From assembly GCF_032444005.1 (NCBI RefSeq), contig NC_091288.1:217372001-217436000 (forward strand): a DNA stretch of 64,000 nt. The letters run 5' to 3'. Positions 55,356-64,000 of this stretch are shown one piece after another; the first letter of the stretch is position 1, and every line of letters begins with the position of its first letter. The notes beneath the pieces were generated by a model. The model made no database searches. It had not been told where the DNA came from and worked only from the letters and a program-made list of their open reading frames with translations. The translations under genes and the position numbers were made by a program. The stretch comes from Ranitomeya imitator. Taxonomy: Eukaryota.

Positions 55356-56157
55356 CTAGGTAAGATCATCATCGGGGGCACGGGTGATGTAGGTGTCCTC
55401 CCAATAACGTCTATAAAGAATGTAGGGCATAGTTGTCACCTGGGAACCGGTGTCCAGCAAAGCGTTCATGGGGATACCGTCGATCACGATGGGGAGAACT
55501 GGTCGCCCTCCAGTCAGGTCTGGATTCTGCATGGCCAGGAAGTGTAGCTGGGCCCTTTGATTACTGCACAGGAGCCCTTCGATGAACCGCTCTTTCAGGA
55601 GTTTATCTTCATCTTGCATGCTCACTTTGCTTGATTGCCCGCAGCGCCTCCTGCAGATTAAGGGCATAGTCCCGTAAGCTATCCTGCGGCCTCTGCTTGC
55701 ACCCATAGAACGTCAATTTAATTTCCGTAGCGGTGCGGGTGTCAAAGGTGGTTTTAAGCTTTGCAAATAATTGTTGCGCAGTTTTCTTATCCGCAGCGGG
55801 CCAGGACTTCACTTCCCTCAACGCCGCTCCAAAGAGTTGGCCGGTTATCATATGAACTTTCTGAGGCTCCGTCAAGGGATAAAACTCGAGCAGGCTATAA
55901 ATCCCTTCTTTAAAGTCAGTTAACGTATGAGCTTCTCCGGAGTATCGCGGGAGCCAGGCGGCCCCAGGTAGGTACGGCATAGAGAAGGGCATTATGGCTG
56001 TGGTAGCTGCAGCAGTATCCGGCTGGTTGATGGGAGCGGCAAGCCCCGCGGCATACGGCGGTGATACCAGACCCGCGGCTGCGTCTACCACGGAATCCGG
56101 AAGTGCTCCCGAGTCTGCAGCCGTGGCCGCCGCCTCCGCTCCTCCGGGATCCGACAT
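55356..56157 (-). pseudogene. Gypsy gag (PNMA/capsid-like) and protease N-half, frameshifted and internally deleted
   Basis: MSDPGG...WLPRYSGE...FYGCKQRPQDSLRDYALNLQEAL; then LLKERFIEGL; protease ALLDTGSQVTT. Confidence 0.85.
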
Positions 56158-56412
56158 GGCCGTTCTTCCCCCCCTGCTAACCTGCCGGGGTCGGGGTTCT
56201 TCTTCCGAGATCGGCACCTCACCGCGTCTCCCTGCTCCGCGCTCTTTTCCAGCCGGCTCCACCCACGAAGCTATGGCTCCTCCCCTCGCGCTCCACACAG
56301 CGCGGCAATGGCGGATTTTTGGCGGCAAATAGCGATACACAGTCTTTGCAATAAGTCACAGTTCAATCACAGTTACAAGGCACACATGACCTGATTCTTC
56401 AGGCTTAAGTAG

Positions 56413-56430
56413 ATCCTGTTCGTGACGCCA
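56413..56430 (-). other. Primer-binding site for tRNA-Ser(CGA)
   Basis: TGGCGTCACGAACAGGAT on -; its complement ATCCTGTTCGTGACG+CCA matches the 3' 18 nt of the vertebrate tRNA-Ser(CGA) isodecoder beginning GTCACGGTGGC (recalled sequence; confirm in GtRNAdb). Confidence 0.8.
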
Positions 56431-56433
56431 AGT

Positions 56434-57452
56434 TGGAGCGCCCCCAGACACAGGGCCGCGGGGTACTCGGTCCGGGGTTGTCACGGTGGCTGGACCCGGT
56501 CCGTGATCCTGCTAAGGGGCGTCCAATGAAAGGTGATGGTGCGTGGTGCAAGGTGCGAGGAATAACGAGGACACAGGGTTGCAGTCTCTTTACCTTTTTA
56601 CTGAAGGCTTCGGGGTCCGCAGTCCAGAGCACGGCTAACGGGGCTGTCTGACACCGGCCGGTCCGAAGGCACATCCAGAGTTCCCCTTGCAGGTGGAAAT
56701 CAGTGTCTACCTTCTAGCGCCTGTGTGTTGTAGTCCTTCCCTGCTGAGCACCACAGGATAGTCCTCACAACTGTCGTATCTGTTCTTCCTCTCTCCGTCC
56801 CCCAGATTATATGGTTAGGACGCAGCTTTATGACAGGTAGGCCTGGAGTTATTCTGGGACCCTAGTGTCGCCCCTCTCCCACGTTGCTTCCTATGTCTTC
56901 TTAGGTGATTTAAGTCAGACAGCCAACCTACAATTAGCTGTCCTGCCGCTGTTTGAAGTACTACGTGGAGTCTGTTACTTCCTCGGTGCTCCGGCCACCG
57001 GCTATGCGCCTCAGTAGGATGTTGCCGATCTCGGGGCACGACTCCTTCTGGTTCTATCTCCTTCGTACTACGATCCCGCTTCTCACTTCTCCACAATATA
57101 CTTCGCTTTGTGTCCTTCCTTAGGATGCCGCCGCAAGGTAGTGCAGGCGCGGCTCCGTAACGATCTGTCCTTTCTGCTAGGTACCTGCCAGCTTCCCAGT
57201 TCTGACAGGTCCTCCCTGGAACTCTCCCAGGCTGCGTTCTCCCTAACTTCCTATCCAACCCCCAGATTTACCAGTGTGAGGAGTGGCCTAATACATAGTG
57301 CCTTTTGCTCCCCCTGGTGGCCGGAGTGTGAAGTGTAATGTGTGACTGTGATACCTGGTCAGGTGAACTCCTTCAGTGCAATCAGACATAACATCACTCC
57401 CCCTAGTGGCAGAGCGACATTACTGCAACGACCAGGACTCTGGGGCGCTGCA
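56434..57452 (-). repeat. 5' LTR of the Gypsy element
   Basis: About 1019 bp, followed on - by a 3-nt spacer and the PBS. Confidence 0.93.
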
Positions 57453-58776
57453 TAAAGCATGGCGAAGAGCTGGAGCATTGGCTTTAACCCTATAAATACA
57501 AGAGAGGTGACATTCAGACCCCCTCAGCCTCCTGGGGGCAAAGCTGGAGTCACTAATCCTAACTTGTACACTGTAACAAACCCTCCATAAAGAACAGTTT
57601 GGAGAAATCTCTTGTGATTTTCTGTGTTCCGCGTGCGCCGTGTATAGATGTCCAAGTATCGGGGGCTGCGCTTTCAGGAAAGAGGAATCCTCGATGGTAT
57701 AAAATTTATTATCAAGTGTAACATTCTAAAGAATTCCAAATATTGGCGCCGGTGTTCTCCATTCCGTCCCCGGGGGAGATTGTATTTTCCCTGTTATTTA
57801 GGCACACTTTTTGCAACGTGTTTTTATTTTTTTTGCTAAATAGCCATGACGTTGGTCAGAGACCCAAAAATACCGGATATTTGATTTTGTGCCAAATTCA
57901 GGACCTCCGCCCTCCCCCCCGCTGCCATAATAAAGAAACAGCAATAAAAACCACAAGAGAAAAACAAACAATAAAAACGACTCGCGGATGATAAACCAGA
58001 GAAAATCACAGGAACTTTCCTGAACTCCGAGGCGGGAGGACGCTCAGATCTGTGCGCAGAGGCGGCTGCGTCACAATGTGTCGGCGCTGATTGCACGTTC
58101 GCACACGATACAAAGGTGCAGATCAGGAGCCGTCACCTTCCACCCCGATCCCGGCCCGCGGCCCCCGCCACATGACTGATAGCAGCGGTACAATGTGCCT
58201 CTCTGATAGCGACGCGCCCGCTACACCCGCAGCCCATGTAGTACACCTTGCCCCGGACAGGGTCCGACCGCGCAACATTAACCCTTCACCTTCTATAGCA
58301 GCTGCACAACAAGGAAGCCGGAGAGGGTAGGATGCAGCTTTGGCTGTAACTAGAGAACACAGACCTTAGCGAGCTCCTATACAGAGATACTGGGCTGCAA
58401 GATGGAAAACGGATATGGATGCCGAAAAGTGGAGATCAAGGAGGGATCAGCTCGCCATGTTACAGAGGAGCAGGGTAAAAGCTGGGCTCTTACATAGGGT
58501 CAGTGCGGCAAGGGGGCGGAGCTACTGTTGTGGGAGGGGCCAGTAAGTGACGCTATAAGATGACAACGAGTTATTCCAAGGTAGTAAATAACTGGACAAA
58601 GGTGGAAAAGAAAACGAAGGAGCAGAAAAAGCAGCGGAGACCGAAGAGGAGGCGAGCGGCAGGTGAGAGAAGACTCTGGGAAGTGTTCACAGAAGGTTTT
58701 GTTCGGAACTTGATCATTTAAAGTCACATCGCCCCGAAAACGTCTGACGACTAAAATTAGCTTGTGTGATTCCAGA

Positions 58777-58948
58777 ATGGATCCTGAATTACTGGAGAAA
58801 TTAGCCGAAGGCATGAAGAACATGACGGTAAAAATAGGGGAGATCGAAGGAATTCTGCTCCCCAAAACCACCTGCGACTCCTGGGACCAAATATATAACT
58901 TTCAGGCCCGAGAGGACGATATCCTGATCTCTACATTTCCTAAAGCAG
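58777..58948 (+). CDS. SULT1-family sulfotransferase gene C, first coding exon (rest expected right of window)
   Basis: MDPELLEKLAEGMKNMTVKIGEIEGILLPKTTCDSWDQIYNFQAREDDILISTFPKAG|gtaagt; 17 nt and 7 aa differences from SULT B exon 33709-33880. Confidence 0.88.
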
Positions 58949-58967
58949 GTAAGTGATCAAATGGAGG

Positions 58968-60260
58968 AGGAGGATCTTATCATGTATCTCTGTATACAGA
59001 GAGCTCCCCCTAGTGGTGACTGCAGACAGGATCTTATCATGTATCTCTGTATACAGGGAGCTCCCCCTAGTGGTGACTGCAGACAGAATCTGATCATGCA
59101 TCTCTGTATACAGGGAGCTCCCCCTAGTGGTGACTGCAGACAGGATCTTATCATGTATCTCTGTATACAGGGAGCTCCCCCTAGTGGTGGCTGCAGACAG
59201 GATCTTATCATGTATCTCTGTATACAGGGGGCTCCCCCTAGTGGTGACTGCAGACAGGATCTTATCATGTATCTCTGTATAAAGGGAGCTCCCCCTAGTG
59301 GTGGCTGCAGACAGGATCTTATCATGTATCTCTGTATACAGGGAGCTCCCCCTAGTGGTGGCTACAGACAGGATATTATCATGTATCTCTGTATACAGAG
59401 AGCTCCCCCTAGTGGTGACTGCAGACAGGATCTTATCATGTATCTCTGTATACAGGGAGCTCCCCCTAGTGGTGGCTGCAGGCAGGATCTTATCATGTAT
59501 CTCTGTATACAGGGAGCTCCCCCTAGTGGTGGCTGCAGACAGGATCTTATCATGTATCTCTGTATACAGGGAGCTCCCCCTAGTGGTGGCTACAGACAGG
59601 ATCTTATCATGTATCTCTGTATACAGGGAGCTCCCCCTAGTGGTGGCTACAGACAGGATCTTATCATGTATCTCTGTATACAGGGAGCTCCCCCTAGTGG
59701 TGACTGCAGACAGGATCTTATCATGTATCTGCATACAGGGAGCTCCCCCTAGTGGTGGCTGCAGACAGAATCTTATCGTGTATCTCTGGATACAGGGAGC
59801 TCCCCCTAGTGGTGGCTGCAGACAGAATCTTATCATGTATCTCTGTATACAGGGAGCTCCCCCTAGTGGTGGCTGCAGACAGGATCTTATCATGTATCTC
59901 TGTATACAGGGAGCTCCCCCTAGTGGTGGCTGCAGACAGGATCTTATCATGTATCTCTGTATACAGGGAGCTCCCCCTAGTGGTGGCTGCAGACAGGATC
60001 TTATCATGTATCTCTGTATACAGGGAGCTCCCCCTAGTGGTGACTGCAGACAGGATCTTATCATGTATCTCTGTGTACAGGGAGCTCCCCCTAGTGGTGG
60101 CTGCAGACAGGATCTTATCATGTATCTCTGTATACAGGGAGCTCCCCCTAGTGGTGGCTGCAGACAGGATCTTATCATGTATCTCTGTATACAGGGAGCT
60201 CCCCCTAGTGGTGACTGCAGACAGGATCTTATCATGTATCTCTGTATACAGGGAGCTCCC
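58968..60260. repeat. 57-bp minisatellite (same family as 33900-40258), cut by an LTR insertion
   Basis: About 23 copies ending ...GGGAGCTCCC directly before the LTR. Confidence 0.96.
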
Positions 60261-61008
60261 TGTTATGGCTGGCAATCAGGCAACACAGCGTGCAGTAATC
60301 AGCGCACATACAGAGATCTGGCAATAACCCAAAACAATAGGACGAGCTCTGAGACGTGGAATCTCTGTAGACTGCAGTACCTGATCTATCCTCACACAAC
60401 TGTAAGCAGCAGTGGATTGCGCCTATCAACTACCTATGCAACTCGGCACTGCCTGAGGAGCTGACTAGCCTGAAGATAGAAATACAAGCCTGACTTACCT
60501 CAGAGAAATACCCCAAAGGAATAGGCAGCCCCCACATATAATGACTGTTAGCAAGATGAAAAGACAAACGTAGGAATGAAATAGATTCAGCAAAGTGAGG
60601 CCCGATATTCTAGACAGAGCGAGGATAGCAAAGAGAACTATGCAGTCTACAAAAAACCCTAAAACGAAAACCACGCAAAGGGGCAAAAAGACCCACCGTG
60701 CCGAACTAACAGCACGGCGGTGCACCCCTTTGCTTCTCAGAGCTTCCAGCAAAAGTTAATAGCAAGCTGGACAGAAAAAACAGAAAACAAACTAGAAGCA
60801 CTTATCTAGCAGAGCAGCAGGCCCAAGGAAAGATGCAGTAGCTCAGATCCAACACTGGAACATTGACAAGGAGCAAGGAAGACAGACTCAGGTGGAGCTA
60901 AATAGCAAGGCAGCCAACGAGCTCACCAAAACACCTGAGGGAGGAAGCCCAGAGACTGCAATACCACTTGTGACCACAGAAGTGAACTCAGCCACAGAAT
61001 TCACAACA
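60261..61008 (-). repeat. 3' LTR of a chromovirus-type Gypsy element
   Basis: On -: PPT AAGGGGGGGG, TAC, then TGTTGTGAATTCTG...CCATAACA (748 bp). Confidence 0.92.
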
Positions 61009-63995
61009 GTACCCCCCCCTTGAGGAGGGGTCACCGAACCCTCACCAGAACCCCCAGGCCGACCAGGATGAGCCACATGAAAGGCACGAACAAGATCTGG
61101 GGCATGGACATCAGAGGCAAAAACCCAGGAATTATCTTCCTGAGCATAACCCTTCCATTTGACCAGATACTGGAGTTTCCGTCTAGAGACACGAGAATCC
61201 AAAATCTTCTCCACAATATACTCCAATTCCCCCTCCACCAAAACAGGGGCAGGAGGCTCCACAGATGGAACCATAGGTGCCACGTATCTCCTCAACAACG
61301 ACCTATGGAATACATTATGTATGGAAAAGGAGTCTGGGAGGGTCAGACGAAAAGACACCGGATTGAGAATCTCAGAAATCCTATACGGACCAATAAAACG
61401 AGGTTTAAATTTAGGAGAGGAAACCTTCATAGGTATATGACGAGAAGATAACCAAACCAGATCCCCAACACGAAGTCGGGGTCCCACACGGCGTCTGCGA
61501 TTAGCGAAAAGCTGAGCCTTCTCCTGGGACAAGGTCAAATTGTCCACTACCTGAGTCCAGATCTGCTGCAACCTGTCCACCACATAATCCACACCAGGAC
61601 AGTCCGAAGACTCAACCTGTCCTGAAGAGAAACGAGGATGGAACCCAGAATTGCAGAAAAATGGAGAGACCAAGGTAGCCGAGCTGGCCCGATTATTAAG
61701 GGCGAACTCAGCCAACGGCAAAAATGACACCCAATCATCCTGGTCAGCGGAAACAAAACATCTCAGATATGTTTCCAAGGTCTGATTGGTTCGTTCGGTC
61801 TGGCCATTAGTCTGAGGATGGAAGGCCGAGGAAAAAGATAGGTCAATGCCCATCCTACCACAAAAGGCTCGCCAGAACCTCGAGACAAACTGGGAACCTC
61901 TGTCAGAAACAATATTCTCAGGAATGCCATGTAAACGAACCACATGCTGGAAGAACAAAGGCACCAAATCAGAGGAGGAAGGCAATTTAACCAAGGGCAC
62001 CAGATGGACCATTTTAGAAAAGCGATCACAGACCACCCAAATGACAGACATTTTTTGAGAAACGGGAAGGTCAGAAATGAAATCCATCGAAATATGTGTC
62101 CAAGGCCTCTTCGGGACCGGCAAGGGCAAAAGCAACCCACTGGCACGTGAACAGCAGGGCTTAGCCCTAGCACAAATTCCACAGGACTGCACAAAAGCAC
62201 GCACATCCCGTGACAGAGATGGCCACCAGAAGGATCTAGCAACCAACTCCCTGGTACCAAAGATTCCTGGATGACCGGCCAGCACCGAACAATGAAGTTC
62301 AGAGATAACTTTACTAGTCCACCTATCAGGGACGAACAGTTTCTCGGCCGGACAACGATCAGGTTTATTAGCCTGAAATTTCTGCAACACTCTCCGCAAA
62401 TCAGGGGAGATGGCAGACACAATGACTCCTTCCTTGAGGATACTCGCCGGCTCAGATAACCCCGGAGAGTCGGGCACAAAACTCCTAGACAGAGCATCCG
62501 CCTTCACATTTTTAGAGCCCGGAAGGTATGAAATCACAAAATCAAAACGAGCAAAAAATAACGACCAACGGGCCTGTCTAGGATTCAAGCGCTTGGCAGA
62601 CTCAAGATAAGTAAGGTTCTTATGATCAGTCAAAACCACCACGCGATGCTTAGCACCCTCAAGCCAATGACGCCACTCCTCGAATGCCCACTTCATGGCC
62701 AGCAACTCTCGGTTGCCCACATCATAATTACGCTCAGCAGCAGAAAATTTCCTGGAAAAGAAAGCACATGGTTTGAACACTGAGCAACCAGAACCTCTCT
62801 GTGACAAAACCGCCCCTGCACCAATCTCAGAAGCATCAACCTCGACCTGGAACGGAAGAGAAACATCAGGTTGACACAACACAGGGGCACAGCAAAAACG
62901 ACGCTTCAACTCCTGAAAAGCTTCCACGGCAGCAGAAGACCAATTAACCAAATCAGCACCCTTCTTGGTCAAATCGGTCAATGGTCTGGCAATGCTAGAA
63001 AAATTACAGATGAAGCGACGATAAAAATTAGCAAAGCCCAGGAATTTCTGCAAACTTTTTAGAGATGTCGGCTGAGTCCAATCCTGGATGGCCTGAAGCT
63101 TAACCGGATCCATCTCGATAGTAGAAGGGGAAAAGATGAACCCCAAAAATGAAACTTTCTGCACACCGAAGAGACACTTTGATCCCTTCACGAACAAGGA
63201 ATTAGCACGCAGTACCTGGAAAACCATTCTGACTTGCTTCACATGAGACTCCCAATCATCTGAGAAGATCAAAATGTCATCCAAGTAAACAATCAAGAAT
63301 TTATCCAGATACTCACGGAAAATGTCATGCATAAAAGACTGAAAAACAGATGGAGCATTGGCAAGTCCGAACGGCATCACCAGATACTCAAAATGACCCT
63401 CGGGCGTATTAAATGCCGTTTTCCATTCATCTCCCTGCCTGATTCTCACCAGATTATACGCACCACGAAGATCAATCTTAGTAAACCAACTAGCCCCCTT
63501 AATCCGAGCAAACAAGTCAGAAATCAATGGCAAGGGATACTGAAACTTAACAGTGATCTTATTAAGAAGGCGGTAATCAATACACGGTCTTAGCGAACCA
63601 TCCTTCTTGGCTACAAAAAAGAACCCTGCTCCCAATGGTGACGACGATGGGCGAATATGTCCCTTCTCCAGGGACTCCTCCACATAACTGCGCATAGCGG
63701 TGTGTTCAGGTACGGACAAATTAAATAAACGACCCTTAGGGAATTTACTACCAGGAATCAAATCGATAGCACAATCACAATTCCTATGCGGAGGTAGGGC
63801 ATCAGACTTGGACTCTTCAAATACATCCTGAAAGTCCGACAAGAACTCTGGGATGTCAGAAGGAATGGATGACGAAATAGACAAAAATGGAACATCACCA
63901 TGTACTCCCTGACAACCCCAGCTGGTTACCGACATAGAGTTCCAATCCAATACTGGATTATGGGTTTGTAGCCATGGCAACCCCAACACGACCAC
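60888..63995 (-). CDS. Chromovirus (Tf2/Sushi-like) pol: protease C-end, RT, RNase H, integrase, chromodomain; open, 5'-partial
   Basis: 1035 codons without a stop: VVLGLPWL, FTKIDLRGAY, IVYLDDILIFS, EVDASEIGAGAVL, HCSVLAGHPG...CGIC, VCDRFSK, SDRGSQF, EYIVEKILDSR...YLVKWKGY...NSW. Confidence 0.96.
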   Translation of the reverse strand: MVVLGLPWLQTHNPVLDWNSMSVTSWGCQGVHGDVPFLSISSSIPSDIPEFLSDFQDVFEESKSDALPPHRNCDCAIDLIPGSKFPKGRLFNLSVPEHTAMRSYVEESLEKGHIRPSSSPLGAGFFFVAKKDGSLRPCIDYRLLNKITVKFQYPLPLISDLFARIKGASWFTKIDLRGAYNLVRIRQGDEWKTAFNTPEGHFEYLVMPFGLANAPSVFQSFMHDIFREYLDKFLIVYLDDILIFSDDWESHVKQVRMVFQVLRANSLFVKGSKCLFGVQKVSFLGFIFSPSTIEMDPVKLQAIQDWTQPTSLKSLQKFLGFANFYRRFICNFSSIARPLTDLTKKGADLVNWSSAAVEAFQELKRRFCCAPVLCQPDVSLPFQVEVDASEIGAGAVLSQRGSGCSVFKPCAFFSRKFSAAERNYDVGNRELLAMKWAFEEWRHWLEGAKHRVVVLTDHKNLTYLESAKRLNPRQARWSLFFARFDFVISYLPGSKNVKADALSRSFVPDSPGLSEPASILKEGVIVSAISPDLRRVLQKFQANKPDRCPAEKLFVPDRWTSKVISELHCSVLAGHPGIFGTRELVARSFWWPSLSRDVRAFVQSCGICARAKPCCSRASGLLLPLPVPKRPWTHISMDFISDLPVSQKMSVIWVVCDRFSKMVHLVPLVKLPSSSDLVPLFFQHVVRLHGIPENIVSDRGSQFVSRFWRAFCGRMGIDLSFSSAFHPQTNGQTERTNQTLETYLRCFVSADQDDWVSFLPLAEFALNNRASSATLVSPFFCNSGFHPRFSSGQVESSDCPGVDYVVDRLQQIWTQVVDNLTLSQEKAQLFANRRRRVGPRLRVGDLVWLSSRHIPMKVSSPKFKPRFIGPYRISEILNPVSFRLTLPDSFSIHNVFHRSLLRRYVAPMVPSVEPPAPVLVEGELEYIVEKILDSRVSRRKLQYLVKWKGYAQEDNSWVFASDVHAPDLVRAFHVAHPGRPGGSGEGSVTPPQGGGTVVNSVAEFTSVVTSGIAVSGLPPSGVLVSSLAALLFSST

Positions 63996-64000
63996 ATCAT

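Larger units (their letters stand above)
45820..57452 (-). mobile_element. Full-span but decayed Ty3/Gypsy LTR retrotransposon (PNMA-like gag), with nested insertions
   Basis: LTRs 45820-46835 and 56434-57452 (TGCAGCGCCCC...GGGGCGCTCCA on -), TSD TAAAG at 45815-45819 and 57453-57457, PBS, PPT, gag-PR-RT-RH-IN order. Confidence 0.95.

Overview
Vertebrate genomic DNA, most consistent with a frog (anuran) based on its V-SINE, L2 LINEs, Gypsy elements and GC/AT-mixed minisatellites; the species cannot be read from the sequence. About 45% of the window is tandem minisatellite, which explains almost all long ORFs in the track. Real genes, reconstructed exon by exon from GT-AG sites with consistent phases: (1) the 3' nine coding exons of a divergent SLC43A1/A2 (LAT3/LAT4)-like transporter (+); (2) a complete 11-exon, 271-aa class I phosphatidylinositol transfer protein (PITP, beta-like, -) with an 8-nt microexon, tail-to-tail with the transporter; (3) three cytosolic SULT1-type sulfotransferases: A (complete, -), B (complete, +) and the first coding exon of C (a duplicate of B, +). 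Mobile DNA: a solo chromovirus-type LTR, a partial chromovirus with an open pol, an 11.6-kb decayed Gypsy with 5-bp TSD and tRNA-Ser PBS carrying three nested insertions, two L2 LINEs (one with a 2A-like peptide), and a V-SINE. Best leads: a 180-bp TSD-flanked insertion with a minimal type I hammerhead ribozyme; Gypsy U5 sequence complementary to the 5' half of its own primer tRNA; a 258-bp TSD-flanked foldback insertion; minisatellites that multimerise CTCF-like, CRE and GATA motifs beside promoters; and overlapping convergent poly(A) signals. All alignments and counts were done by eye; no database searches were run.
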